Positions 12,390 through 25,047 of a stretch of 41,416 nt of DNA are shown in pieces; position 1 is the stretch's first letter; the number at the start of each line of letters is the position of its first letter. This DNA is from Octopus bimaculoides (Eukaryota). The DNA is taken from contig NC_068983.1 of the NCBI RefSeq assembly GCF_001194135.2, positions 77,802,718 through 77,844,133 of the forward strand, written 5' to 3'. Below the pieces are notes generated by a model. That model ran no database searches. It was not told where the DNA came from and saw only the letters and a list, made by a program, of their open reading frames with translations. Position numbers and translations under genes: made by a program.

Positions 12390-12484
12390 NNNNNNNNNNN
12401 NNNNNNNNNNNNNNNNNNNNNNNNNNNNNNNNNNNNNNNNNNNNNNNNNNNNNNNNNNNNNNNNNNNNNNNNNNNNNNNNNNNN
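12390..12484. other. Assembly gap (N) within TA/CA-rich low-complexity DNA
   Basis: Run of N flanked by (TA)n. Confidence 1.
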
Positions 12485-12503
12485 TATATATGTAAGTATA
12501 CGT

Positions 12504-12535
<32 letters not shown>

Positions 12536-13987
12536 ATATAAACTTAAAATACATCAAGTACAGGATATAACCAACGAGTGTAAATTACGTAGACACATGA
12601 GTGATAAGTGCACGACGAAGTACCAAAACATATGCAGAACGTTACCAGCGAGTGAAAAATACGTAAACATATAACGATAGACAAGTACGGGACAAAATAC
12701 CAAAAGAAGCCTAACCCCTTCTCAGTTGTCGACTGTTAATTACTCCCTATTACGAGCTTTCAACGACGATATAGGAAAACTTCATAAAACAGCAGCGTCC
12801 AGAAATGTTTAAAATTTAAAATTATGGAGAGTTAGAACTTCGAACGAACAAACAACTACAGAGTGAACGTACGGAGTAAAGAATCGATGAAGACAAACAT
12901 TAAGGACCGTTAAGCTAATTTTGAAAGGAAATCGAATAAATACAAGAGAAGAAAATAATAAAGAAAGAAGAGAGAAAAATGTCAGGAGGCGAGAACACAT
13001 GACGTCCAGCTAAGTACGCGTCGCGTCCAGAAAGGCATAGGAGAAGAGAAACAAGAGAGACGATAAAGAAAAGAAACAAAAGAATGAGGAGAAATGAGAA
13101 ATAACGAAAGACAGTAAAGAGTGGAAGAAAGATAGACAGGCAACAGCAAAAAATGAAGGGGGAACGGAATTAAAGTGGATTGCAGAGGGGTAGAGAGAAG
13201 GAAGTAAAGAAAGAAAGAAAGAAAGAAAAAAAATAAAGAAAGAAAAAAAGAAAGATAGGGGACAGAGTGTAGTGTCGCAGAATTTATAGATAAAAAATAC
13301 TTATGGTGGAAAATACATCATGTACAGGACATCACCCACGAGTGAAAATTATATTTTTTGATAATTCGTCCTGTACTTCATGCATTTTATATGCATTTAT
13401 TTATAATCGAACGCCACGTAGCCTTGTTCACAGTAATTTTTTACTTATATATATATTCACATCAATGCAAACACATATTATCTTTGCATGTCTTTTTTTT
13501 AAAGTACTGTTATATATAGAATGGGTAAAACAAACCGTAGAATCATCGAGAGATTTTAAGTAGTTTTGAAAAGTGGTTCCCAAGGACTTCGCCCGACACG
13601 TTATATGTGGGACTGAAAAGTTTACTTCTTCTTCAAGTTTACTACGATATCATTTATCTTAAGCAGGGACCTTACGGTTGTCGTTCAGCTGTTTTACACC
13701 TTCTGAGAAATCATAGATCACATTTAATAATTTTTTTTCCAATCTCATTCAATTATTCAGTCGTTAGACTACAGCAATGCTAGTGCAGTATCTTGAATAG
13801 CTTGATTGATAAGTTGACCAGAGGGCTTATTTTTGTGTTTAGTTTTCTTTGTATTGAACTTTTTTTTTAACATCTATGTTGCAGAGACTTAAAAAAGCAA
13901 TACCACTTTTCAAGCAATGAGAATACTAAAAACACCAAGACAGAAACACACACACACACATATACAAACATATATATATATACATCC

Positions 13988-13997
13988 NNNNNNNNNN

Positions 13998-14062
<65 letters not shown>
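13988..14062. repeat. Small N gap (13988-13997) followed by (CA)n
   Basis: Directly visible. Confidence 0.95.
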
Positions 14063-14064
<2 letters not shown>

Positions 14065-15268
14065 TTGTGTATATACAACGGGTTTCCTCACAGTTTCCTC
14101 CAACTAGTATCACTCAAAGGCATTAGTCTAAGTATATTCTAGAAGGCAAACAATTTTAGCGCAGTGTGAGTGAACCCGGTTAATTATAATTAAAACACCT
14201 TTTATATTTTGTTGCTCTCCCTCTCAAACAATCCCTAAAGTTGCTATTTGTATGTTACAAAAATATTGTATGTGATCCAGATTTAGTAATATTTAGTTTT
14301 TATTCAGCTCGTTTTGTCGTAGTTGTTGGTGTTGTTGTTGATGATGATGCTGATGATGTTGCTTTCGGGGCTGTTATTTTATCTCCATGACGTTGTTGAG
14401 TTGGTCCGTCTTGTCGGGTCTATAATTTTTGTTGTTTTGACTGTTTATGTTGTGGCTGTTTTCGCTACTGCTTCTATGAAATGTTGGGTGTTTATTGGTC
14501 GTTTTCCGTTAGTGTAAGACTCTTATAATAACTTTGTCTAGGTGATGCCAGACTTATGCATTTTAGAGAGAAAGTCAATAATCCAGCAGTCAGACATTTC
14601 TTCCACTTTAACGGTTATTCCATTATTTTCCATTCGGATGTAGTCTTCGACAACTGTGTTTGTTTATTTTGCAATATTTGCTTAGGTTGTAGAAATTGCT
14701 CCTGTGTCTCGTGGCGTATATTCTGAGAAATGCTTTGCTGTTTTTGATACAGTAAATATTATCACTGTGGTTGTCTTTAAAATTGTTGCCATTGCAGCAG
14801 TGTTGGTCTATCTTACTATCACTACCCAGATCTAGAAACCCTTTGATGAGTTCTGTCTTTATCAAAACTTTAGTATTCAAGAGTTCTTCCAAACACAGAA
14901 CCACATGATTCTACTCGCACCTCTCGAAAAAAGGTCTTCAATGCCAGAAATGTGTGGGCAGAGCCTTATGCCTATCCATGAGAAAAGTGCAAGAGGAAAC
15001 ATATGAACATTTTCGTCTAAGCCCGCACATTCCATGAATAAATTTATACCGGTACTTTGAAGCTTGCTTACAAAACATTTGCCTGGAGCTTCAGAAAACA
15101 CATCTTATAGTTGAAAAGCAAAGTAACCTCTTTGCGTATTCTTGGTCAGTTCTGGAAAATAAGAATTTCAATGTCAGAAATTGGAGATTGTAAGAAAGAA
15201 CAATTGGAAACAAAAAACTAACCAACCTCCTACGTGTCCTAACCATGCACGCCCAAATATTAAGTATT

Positions 15269-15331
<63 letters not shown>
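15269..15331. repeat. (GTA)n microsatellite
   Basis: Directly visible. Confidence 0.97.
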
Positions 15332-15532
15332 GGTTTATAAGACCACTAATTTTGATGGAGATGCTAGGCGATAACATTTACCTCATCATTTCATTTAAAC
15401 TCGGAATGATGGAAAACATCGATAGGACTTCGATCGAATCCGAAACAAAATTACTTGAACAAATGTTACCAGGATTTTATGATGCTTTAAATATTCGGCT
15501 AATCCACTGCTGTGGCTGGTCACTAGTAATCT

Positions 15533-15544
15533 TAATAATAATAA

Positions 15545-15623
<79 letters not shown>

Positions 15624-15746
15624 AAGAAGAAGAAGAAGAAGAAGAAGAAGAAGAAGAAGAAGAAGAAGAAGAAGAAGAAGAAGAAGAAGAAGAAGAAGAA
15701 GAAGAAGAAGAAGAAGAAGAAGAAGAAGAAGAAGAAGAAGAAGAAG
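15533..15746. repeat. Compound (AAT)n-(AAG)51 microsatellite
   Basis: (AAT)n to 15593, then perfect (AAG) 15594-15746; source of the poly-Ile/poly-Arg ORF. Confidence 0.97.
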
Positions 15747-16188
15747 CTGGGTTAATTCATGTGCTGGATGAAGGATATGAAAGACATTAAAAATAATAAG
15801 AACAATATATCATAATTTATTTCATATACTCAATGCCGAAAATTCAGAAATGCGTACATGTAGCCTGCAGAATATTACATAACGTTATATCCAACTGAAT
15901 AATCTATCATCCACAAAGTCATTTAATTGTTACTCTCGATGTACAATCTTCAATAGCAATGTATTAAGGCAATAAGAAAATGACACGTTCAAACTACTGA
16001 AAAGAAAATGTTCACATTCTAAAGTAAATTTGGAAAGCATTGAATTTTCATGAATCAAGGATAATTCTTTAAACACAGACGTGCAGACATCCAAACCGCT
16101 CGAAGACATGTGATTATACAGATACAGATAATTGTACATATGTATGTATATCTACATATGTGTGTGTATATATATACGCATACACACA

Positions 16189-16191
<3 letters not shown>

Positions 16192-16227
<36 letters not shown>
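16192..16227. repeat. (TA)n microsatellite
   Basis: Directly visible. Confidence 0.97.
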
Positions 16228-16229
<2 letters not shown>

Positions 16230-17470
16230 CTACATCCATATATAGCTTCGAAATAATATTTTACTTTATATTCATAAACGCTTAAACGCTTTACTTTTTC
16301 TGACAACTATTACCACTTTCTCAAACAATTTGCATGACCTCCTTGAAGCCATTATAAAAAAGCATGGAAAATTCATTGAAATAAACATGTTTTTTTTTTT
16401 CTTTTATTCTACTATTTGCATCTGAACAGACTAAAGAACATTGACACAGTTATTAGAGTAATTGTATTGCACAAAACGGAGTGCACAAATCTATTTAGGA
16501 TTATTTTGCTGTTAGTCCCCATAATTTTGAAGTAATCAATTACTAGTTATGAAATGAGAGTGATTATGTTTACGAAGAACTTCTTCCAGGCTTCGTGATA
16601 TTATCTCAGTAAAAGTAAACATCCTCATTATCATCGCTAGCGGTGCATGAGAAATTTGTGAAATCCCTAAAACGTGACTGCCAGTTATTTCCCATGCAAG
16701 CTATGAGGCATGTCTAGTTTGTGTCTTCATCGTCTACGCTGTAGTAAATATAGGTTACACGAATTCGCGTAGCCTTAGTTCTTCCCCTTAGTAATAACAT
16801 TTACTTATACACATGATGTTTATAGATATAGATGTTGTAGCTACCGACAGAGCTAAAATTTTGAGATGGATAAATTCGTGCTCCTGCAAAATACAAGACT
16901 TAGGCTTCGTCTAAATGGCTATCAGCAGATCCGAGTGTGTTTACTGCATTGCTTTATAAAGGACTAGAGATGTCGAAGTAAAAGGAAGCTTCCTGGATAC
17001 GGAAGATGCCTTCTGGATAGTTAACATGAGTATTAGAGACTAATGATCATTTGAGCTTTGGATTGTTGTAGGTGGTAATATATCTTCAGATATCTCAAAT
17101 AATGATTAGCCTCAACTCTCTTATAGTTTTTAGTTGAAATTTGGAGTGTGTATGTGTATTGTTTAGAAAAAGATGTGCAAAATCATCATGAACTTGCTTA
17201 GATAGTTTCAGGTGCCTCAGAGTTATCATCCATACTTCTCAGGTCTACTATCAAAGAACAGTGAATTATAGGCAGTGTATAACGATAATGTTTTAATTCT
17301 CGCAGTACATACAGATAGTTTAGAGTTTTCATAGTCTTGGATAGTTGACTAAATAAACCACAAGTTGTGGTCCTCACTGTCAGTGTTCCGTACTTAAGAC
17401 CTTGTTATGGAATGAAGAATATTTCGTTACTAATTTTTAATCGCAACATTTTATGTATTCTTATTTACAG

Positions 17471-17524
17471 GTTTTCATATATACATAGTACCTCTTAACG
17501 CGTAGAGACTGAAACAACTTTTAG
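17471..17524 (+). other. Candidate 54-bp non-coding exon
   Basis: Branch-like TACTAAT (17428-17434), T-rich tract, ttacag acceptor and AG|GTGAGA donor; stops in all three frames. Confidence 0.3.
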
Positions 17525-18974
17525 GTGAGATTTTCTGCATCTGAAGGTCTTTGGAGAAACAACTACAGGATTTCTTTTAACCCTTCTACCTCTATTAAAT
17601 TACATTTCTCAAATTATTTGCACATTTTGTTGTGCGTGTTTGTACCATCTCCTTTTCCTGGGTATTATATAATGGTGACATTTTTCATTATTTAATACTG
17701 TTGTAAAACAGTGTGTTCGAAAATTAAGAATACGCTCGCTTAATCAGAACTTACTTTTGTCTAAATAACAAGAAAAACCAACCATTATTATCCTATAAAT
17801 TATCAGTTACATTTTAAAACATAAAACGTTATTATTGACGAGCTGGGTTACTTATCAAGGCACCATACACTATAATTTGACCCTTCTATAGTATTACAGA
17901 GAAACACAAATAATCCGCTCTCGGGTATCTCAGTAGGCTGAAAAAGACCATGTTGAGAGATTTCCCAAGGCCTAGTAGTTTGTTCAGGAGAGGGCTATGT
18001 GACGGTAGTGTTTAGAACACCGGGTAAACCTGAAATTCTTTGCACTTTTGGAAATAACTAACACAGAATAGGTTTCAGGAATTTTTTTTTTTTTTGTGAC
18101 CAGGTACATCTTTATTTGGTTTTAAGTATGTTCATCTATAATCATAATGTCTTGCTGAGATTCTAAGAGGAATATACTTAATGCTTTTCTTGGAAGAAGT
18201 TACTGCTAGAAAAGCAATATCTTAATAATTCATTTGATCTGTTGGTGCAGTATAGTTATATTAAGAAATATATAATGAGTAAGAATACGTCAGAGGGCGT
18301 ATAGTATATGCAGACAGATTAGTGTTCAGGCCAGTTCAGATACCTAAAATCCAACATCAAACGAAAGGAGACATAATCCAGGAAAACAAGAAGTACATGT
18401 AACATATGTAGTGTTCAAACAAAAGAAAGCACAATGAAATAAAAAATGGAGATGCAGTTGTAAATGGCATCAAAGCATTTACGTATTAGTTATAAAGAAT
18501 TTGGTATAAAAATAATTAAGCAGTAAAACAGGAAATACTGGAAAAGGAAAGTCCATTGTAGTTCAGCATAGACAGATAGACATTCAGAATGCTAATTCTC
18601 TAGGTAAGAGTATGAAATCTCCTGAAATATATCTATATATGTAGGATAATTGCCATCTGTGATATTAGAAGATGAATTTTCCGGATGTCTACCTATCTGT
18701 GTTGAACTACTATGAACTTCCGTTTTCCATATTCTCTCAAGTTTTCTGCTTAATTATATCTATACGTAATTCTGTATAAATTGAATGTATTATAGAGATG
18801 TAACATTGAAATAGTGTAAGAGATAAGAGATTGCTCTGGGCTCGCATTAAACAAGAAGTTGGAAATTTATTTGGCCCATGACACTGCGTGTACCCTTGCT
18901 TTTATATTTGACGACTGTTGCTTTAAGTATTTTATTTCGATTATATGTATATATGTATGTAGACATGTATGTAT

Positions 18975-19060
18975 GAGCCAATGAGGGAGACCTCTACATG
19001 TTAGGTAGACCATGTAGAAATAGCAACCAAACATCCCTCAAAACACCCTACTGTCTTAAT
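18975..19060 (+). mobile_element. Possible SINE-like repeat tail
   Basis: gtagaaatagcaaccaaacatccctcaaaacaccctactgtcttaa resembles a common octopus repeat end as I recall it; unverified, single copy in the window. Confidence 0.3.
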
Positions 19061-19429
19061 CCGACAATTCTGCCTATTATGTAGTTTGAATGAGAAACTG
19101 TAGCTAAAGATTAAGATCATTAACCCAAACGTGGACGGTGTTAAGTAGTAGAGATGTTTGGTGATTGTATGTGGTGGTTACTTTAGACTATTTCTAAGGA
19201 TAATTGATTGATAACGAATCTTAACACAATATATATACAACTTCAAGTGGAATTGGACATCATAAAATATACAGAAAGAGGAAAGAAGAGCGACTGCATA
19301 GCGATGGTTTGGACTGACTGTCATCCTGTACTCTCCTTGTTACTAGCGAAATGGTATGTACCAGCTGTCTGAGCAAACACGTTGCTCTTAATGGCGGAAC
19401 AAACAGGACAGATAGATTACAAAAGTAGT

Positions 19430-19592
19430 GATTCTCACTTTGAAACTAACAATTTTGAAAATCTTTTTAGATTATGGAACGCCACGCTCTCTTATGGAAT
19501 CCATGTTTAAACTTTCAGCGCGATCGGATGAACAGCACCACTCGAGTTATAAGCGCACAAAAAGACAGACAGAGAGAACGAAATTTATATAT
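19430..19592 (+). mobile_element. Possible non-autonomous Helitron/Helentron-type (Lep1-like) repeat end
   Basis: aaactttcagcgcgatcggatgaac...gagttataagcgcacaaaaagacagacagag...tttatat resembles the aaatttca..gatcgg...gacagacagac layout of such elements. Confidence 0.35.
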
Positions 19593-19616
19593 GTATGTAT
19601 GTATATATATATATAC

Positions 19617-19650
<34 letters not shown>

Positions 19651-20129
19651 AGATATATTAGCATGTTTGTGTGTGCATATATGTACGCATGTATGTATGT
19701 ATCTATCTGTCTATTTATGTGAGCTAACCCATTTGTTTTTGTTCAGAAAATGTGCCACTCCACATCCCTTTCGAAACATATTTGGTTCCTAACAAATAGG
19801 AAAATCAACAATGTCATGCTATTATAGATTGCTGTTGATAAACCAAATGCGTACAACGAACATCACAGACGCTGTCAACTATGTGATACTGAAAATCGCA
19901 AAAATTTTATTCTTTTTGGCTGCATTTTGAGAGGAAAGAAAGAAACGCTTCTACTATGCTTCATTTACACAAAATATAGCTTGAAGGCATCAAATTTATT
20001 CATTAACCACGTATTCATGTGGTTGTAATTGAATAATAAAAGCAAGTAATTTAACACAACATGTAGCTGAAAAATAAGTAGATTCGCTGACTGCTGGTAA
20101 CAAGATAAATACATGTGCACTATAAACCT

Positions 20130-21400
20130 GGAATATCACTTTCGCGCTAACTGCAGTTCCCTTTGCACGAAACTTTTCTCAGTTAGGAATTACATCCCAT
20201 TATGTGTGCCGCATGTAGAGTTTACTAATAAAACAGTTGCAGAATAGTGGCTTATAGAGTAGCTGCTTGTATCGAGACTTGTTGATTGACAGATTTATAA
20301 AATCAAATAATTTTTCTTGTTCTCTTTCTAATTTTGCTTTCATATGTTGGTGTGATATTATTTGTGCATTGAACTTTTGTAGTCACTTTTGGGAAATGTT
20401 TCAGCGTATGATGTTGGAATTTCGTTGTGTAATGATTTGTTGGACGATGGTTCGGAGAGACTTAGTGAAATATTACTGACGAGATTGTTTACTATTACAC
20501 CTTATATTTCGTTAGGGAAATTTTGTTTATACTCCTTGTCTCTCATTTTCATTTTATAAATTTTGTTCAAGGCTGTTTCTAAATTTAAGTTCATATTTCA
20601 CACACAGTTGCGTTAAAACTATGATGGGAGTCCTTATTTGTTAAAAAATCGTTTCTCCAAAAGTTTATCTGTTGTGGGATGAACATTTTGTGATGAATAA
20701 TCCACTCCCTCTATAAAATCCGTCTCAAACTGAAAGAAATTTAGAATGAAGTGTTGGTAATATGTAGAGGCTAATGATATCTTTAACGTCTTTGCATTCT
20801 TTTGACTTTATGCTAATATCAAAATATTCTTTACTGATTATTTTCCTCAAGTATCCATCTTTATGGAATAGAAGTTTTCTTGGTTGTAATATTATTTTCA
20901 CTTAGAAATATTCAATAGGTGTAATGGGTTTGACACCGTTCAGAGCTGCTATTATATATGGTTCACCTATTGCTGCGCATGAGTCTTTAATCTCAACCTG
21001 TAAGAAATGTCAACTACTTTTATTCGGGATGTTTAAAAATTTTTCTCACCTTTTCTCTGGAGAGTTCCTCGTTGCTCTGGAGAAGAGGCGAACATTTTGT
21101 AACATTGCGTATAAATACTTCAGCAGTTTCTTACTAATGATGTAAAATTAGTTTGTCGGACAAAGGTAAGATTCAGAAAATAAGTTTTGTGGTCTTTAAT
21201 TGTGATGTATGAATATCTGGGTGTTAAAATATCTTCCCTGTTGTTTGTGTTTTTATAGTTTAACGTTGCATATTGTGTTGTTTTTCTTTTATACATTTAA
21301 CATAGATTTACAAAGGATACAATGCCAAGAAACGTTATTTCACTGTTAAAATTATTTGTTTTATCTGACTTTGCAAATAAGTTTCCACTGGACTTGATAT
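20130..21400 (-). mobile_element. Old Penelope-like RT pseudogene (lineage 1, as 308..1100)
   Basis: Collinear decayed motifs: LFAKSDKTNN; YSYITIKDHK; RNS..FLNIPNKS..FLQVEIKD; KIILQPRKLLF; YFDISIKS...IISLYIL..DGFYRGSGL; NISLSLSEPSSN...Y....KSDYK; RKRTRKII*F. Many stops and frameshifts. Confidence 0.75.
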
Positions 21401-21610
21401 AGGTAATTTTCAGCTTCAGCACATTTTGCAGAGAACTCAAATGTGCTTGTTAAATCTGAGGCTTTTGATCATTGCCAATACTCCCATACTGAAAGAGTTG
21501 TATTAGGATATTGGATACTGGACAGATATGAGTGTATGTGTGTTTGTGTGTGTGTGCGTGTGTTTGTGCATGTATGTGCGCGTTTGTGTTTCTGTTTGCT
21601 TCGCCTGCTT

Positions 21611-21698
21611 GTACCGTGTGTGTACCGTATGTGTGCCGTGTATGTACCGTGTGTGTACTGTGTGTGTACCGTATGTGTGCCGTGTGTGTGCTGTGTGT
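21611..21698. repeat. 11-bp minisatellite x8 (gtaccgtgtgt) within TG-rich DNA
   Basis: Eight consecutive 11-mers counted from 21611. Confidence 0.9.
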
Positions 21699-22178
21699 GT
21701 ATGTCATGCGTGTGTATATTCCGTGTTTGTATACTCATGTGATTGTGTATGCCTGTGTGACATTATCCTTTTCATTTACGTCAGTATTTTTAAAATTGTT
21801 CTGCAGTTTCAGTAATTAACCATTTCAGCTGACATTTTTTCCTTCAACTAGTTATTTATTTTACACGTAGTGAGTATATTCGTTTATGGTTTTCGGTTTC
21901 ATATCCCAAATCTTTGAAAATTAAAGCTGTATTTCATATGATGGAAAACTAAAACTAGAAGCATTGTATCCAATACGAAATGAGAATCATTCTCTTTATA
22001 TATCCTGCTTGCACACGGTAGTCCAAAAGCATAGAAAAACACGCTAAACGCATAGAATCATAATCAAACTCATATACACAAACCTTCACGGACATATGGA
22101 CACATACACATACTTGAACATACGCATACATGAACATACACGACCATAGAGAGACACACACATATACATGCACAGACA

Positions 22179-22212
22179 CATACATACATACATACATACA
22201 TACATACATACA
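22179..22212. repeat. (CATA)n microsatellite (5' flank of RLE element)
   Basis: Directly visible. Confidence 0.95.
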
Positions 22213-23056
22213 TTGATCATCAAAGCAGTCTATCATGGACCTACAACCGGATTACTACCTCCCACTTTTTAGGTTATGCGTTTGCAATCCAGGCACATGA
22301 AGTATCAACCAAATACCTGATATACAACAGGGACAAAGATGCAGGAAAAGCAGCAAAATGTGACAACTGATGCAGACTTTGTGGAGTTAACACCGAAGAC
22401 ATTACTCACATCATAAGCATTTGTCCGAAAATGTCATCACGGTATTATCTACCGATATGACATCATGTTGTAGCTAGGATAACGCGATCCGTCGGAAAGA
22501 TAACCCCGAGGAAAAGAAATAAGAATCCACAGTATTATGGAAGAAGTCAAAGCCGCTCATAATAAATGAGAGCACTGGTGGAATGTTCCAGTGAATACCT
22601 CAATGAAATGTAAACACAATAGACCTGACAATGAGTTGAGAATGAGAAGAGAAACTGTGTACAGTTGGGGAAATTAGTTAACATAAAGCTAAAGATCATT
22701 GAAAAAGAAAATAGCTACCCTGCGAAATTTGCAGTTACTCTATCTTGGGGCACTGGGATATGTAATACATTGCCTAAATAACAATCTTGAGAAATTAGGC
22801 TTCCCAAAACCAGAATTAGAAAGCTGGTTCAAAGACTCCAGATCCAGTCCATCACTGGAACTGTAAAAATCTGTAAAACTTTACAGAAGATTATGATGTA
22901 AATATATATGAGCATGTTTATGCAATTGTATGCATGATAATACATACATACATACATACCCTGTTGAATTTCTTGAAATGACGGTGCCTTAGATCTAGGT
23001 TAGAAACCGGCTCTTTATCTATTGGCAAGATATCTTGAAATAAAACAGAATAATGA
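22211..23056 (+). mobile_element. R4/Dong-type non-LTR retrotransposon, 5'-truncated, with CCHC, RLE and 3' UTR
   Basis: IDHQSSLSW...GYAFAIQAHEVSTKY...CRLCGVNTEDITHIISICPKMSSRYYLPI*HHVVA; HWWNVPVNTSMKCKHNRPD; KLKIIEKENSY; GALGYV...LEKLGF; LQIQSITGTVKICKT. (CATA)n resumes at 23057-23072. Confidence 0.85.
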
Positions 23057-24255
23057 CATACATACATACATACGCACGCATACAGACACATATATAAATA
23101 TAGACGGTAATACATGCATAACTTCGAGTTTACAGTTACCTTCGACTAGGTAGTGAATAACGTCTCCTGCGTTGTTCAATTCTGATTGATGAGTAACAAC
23201 GTGCTTCTAAGTAAGGTACTTAATTTTATTTGCTCCATTTCACTCAAATATTTGGTGCAAGAAGTAGAATTTCTCAGAAGCTTATATGTGATGCTACCTT
23301 CTCTATAGAGAGATTTATTGTTCATCCAGTTGACTCAATAAACTGGTGAAGTTATTGCAAACACTACTTTTATTACTTAAATATACATATATATAAATAT
23401 ATATATGTATAGAAATATGAGCATATGTGTATATGTTTTCGTGCGTGTGTGTACGGGCGTATGTGTACATTTTATATCAAACTGGAAAGAGTAGTTGTGA
23501 AAATTTTGACATAAGGAAAATGTTATGGAAAATAAAGTGTTGTCAGTCATAAGCTCTGAACATATCAACTTTGACATTATCAAGAAGCAGGAGTGTTTTA
23601 CACACACACACATACACACACACTCACACACACACACACACACGCACGCATACACACGCATATTGCAAGTGTAAGAAATAGTCTTTAGCCAATCTATATT
23701 ATATAAAACTATTAAGCTGGAAAGCTTTTACTTCCCTGACATTAATCAGATAGAGTTGATTTTATAACATTATGTTCGTCAAACGACTTTATACCAAGCC
23801 ATAAGTTAGTGTAATATGTTACTGTTGTTCTTTTCCCATCAATCAATGCGTTCCCTTTTTCAAGCATGCTGTGTAGTATACGATCATAGCAATGAAAGGC
23901 AGTCAACTGCCATATCATCTTATAGTATTCGATATATATATTTTTTACCTTTATCATCGGTGTTGATAAAAAGAATAATTATTTGTTGTACTAAATCACA
24001 GAATGTGTTGCACAGCCGATATCAACCAACGTTCATTCAGAAATCCATCTCTTAGAATGGCCAAGTTGGGCCGAGAAAATTTAAGAGAAATAGTAAGTCC
24101 TAGGTTCAGTCTCCTGGTGAGTATATCATTAAACGCGAAAAGTGTATATATAAGGAGTGTGTGTGTGAGAGAGAGAGAGGGGTGGTGGTAAATGTAGGGA
24201 TAAGCTAATTATACAGATCAATATATAAAGTTTATTACATACATGAAATACAAAA

Positions 24256-24290
<35 letters not shown>

Positions 24291-24296
<6 letters not shown>

Positions 24297-25047
24297 ATCC
24301 ACCTTACACAGATTAGAAATGATATAGAGAATTAAAGGAGTGGAGGGAGAATATTACAAATCCAACAGCTGTTTCTGGGAGATCGGCTGTCCGTAATAAT
24401 GTTTGTATATTTGAAACGAGCCTCTGCTTTCAGTAAGTGGAGGTATTAAGATAGGAAATGATGAGAAGAGAAAAAAGATAGTTCAAGAGTGGTGATTAAT
24501 AAAGATGCTAGTAAGGATTAGGAGTAGTAGACATGGAAAGTAACCTCTTTCAGCCACCGATCTAGTACCTTCCTTCCCTCGAATAAATTCCATTCCCTTT
24601 TTCTCACAATCTCAAACATTAATTCTATAGCTTCATACAAACCTAATACAAGACTACATATAATTCACATACCTGTCCCCTCATGCTCTGAGTTTCCACC
24701 TCTACGACTTCTACTCCCTACTAGCCTCCTTATTAACCCCACTCTTGAACTATCTTTTCGCCCCTCACATTCCCTATCTTAATACTGCCCCGTTCCCCCT
24801 CCCCTCTGATGCACGTAACTCTCCAAATTCAATCATTCAATCTTTGAACTTCTCTCCTTCAATATCTCAAATGTAATGCTTCTTGCCTTAAGACGGAAGC
24901 TCGTCTCATCCTACGATGGAATTAATTTACAAACATTATTATTGACAGCCAAGCTGCCAGAAACAGCTGTTGGAATTGTAATACTTTTCTTCTACCCACT
25001 TAATTCTCTAAATCATATCTAATCTGTGTAAGTTGGACCTTTTTATA
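24291..25047. mobile_element. Non-autonomous foldback/long-TIR element, ~250-bp imperfect TIRs, abutting (TA)n
   Basis: Left arm 24291-24539 (gatccaccttacacagattagaaatgatatagagaattaa...tccaacagctgtttctgg...aaaagatagttcaagagtgg) matches the reverse complement of 24693-25047, which carries extra inserted segments; (TA)n at 24260-24292. Confidence 0.8.

Noticed and set aside
12546-13352. ~42-bp diverged repeat (12546-12587 vs 13311-13352) and a faint ~73-bp tandem at 12559-12671
   Set aside because: Short and decayed in low-complexity context; probably fragments of an unidentified repeat, with no further structure seen.
15352-15771. 139-aa ORF with poly-Ile/poly-Arg (protamine-like appearance)
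   Set aside because: Translation of (AAT)n(AAG)n; the unique part has no recognisable motif.
16950-17260. Possible PLE RT remnant on the minus strand
   Set aside because: Only vague motif echoes with wrong spacing.
24002-24116. Candidate coding exon (cacag acceptor, CTG|GTGAGT donor, one open frame)
   Set aside because: Weak polypyrimidine tract and an unrecognisable peptide; not supportable without RNA data.
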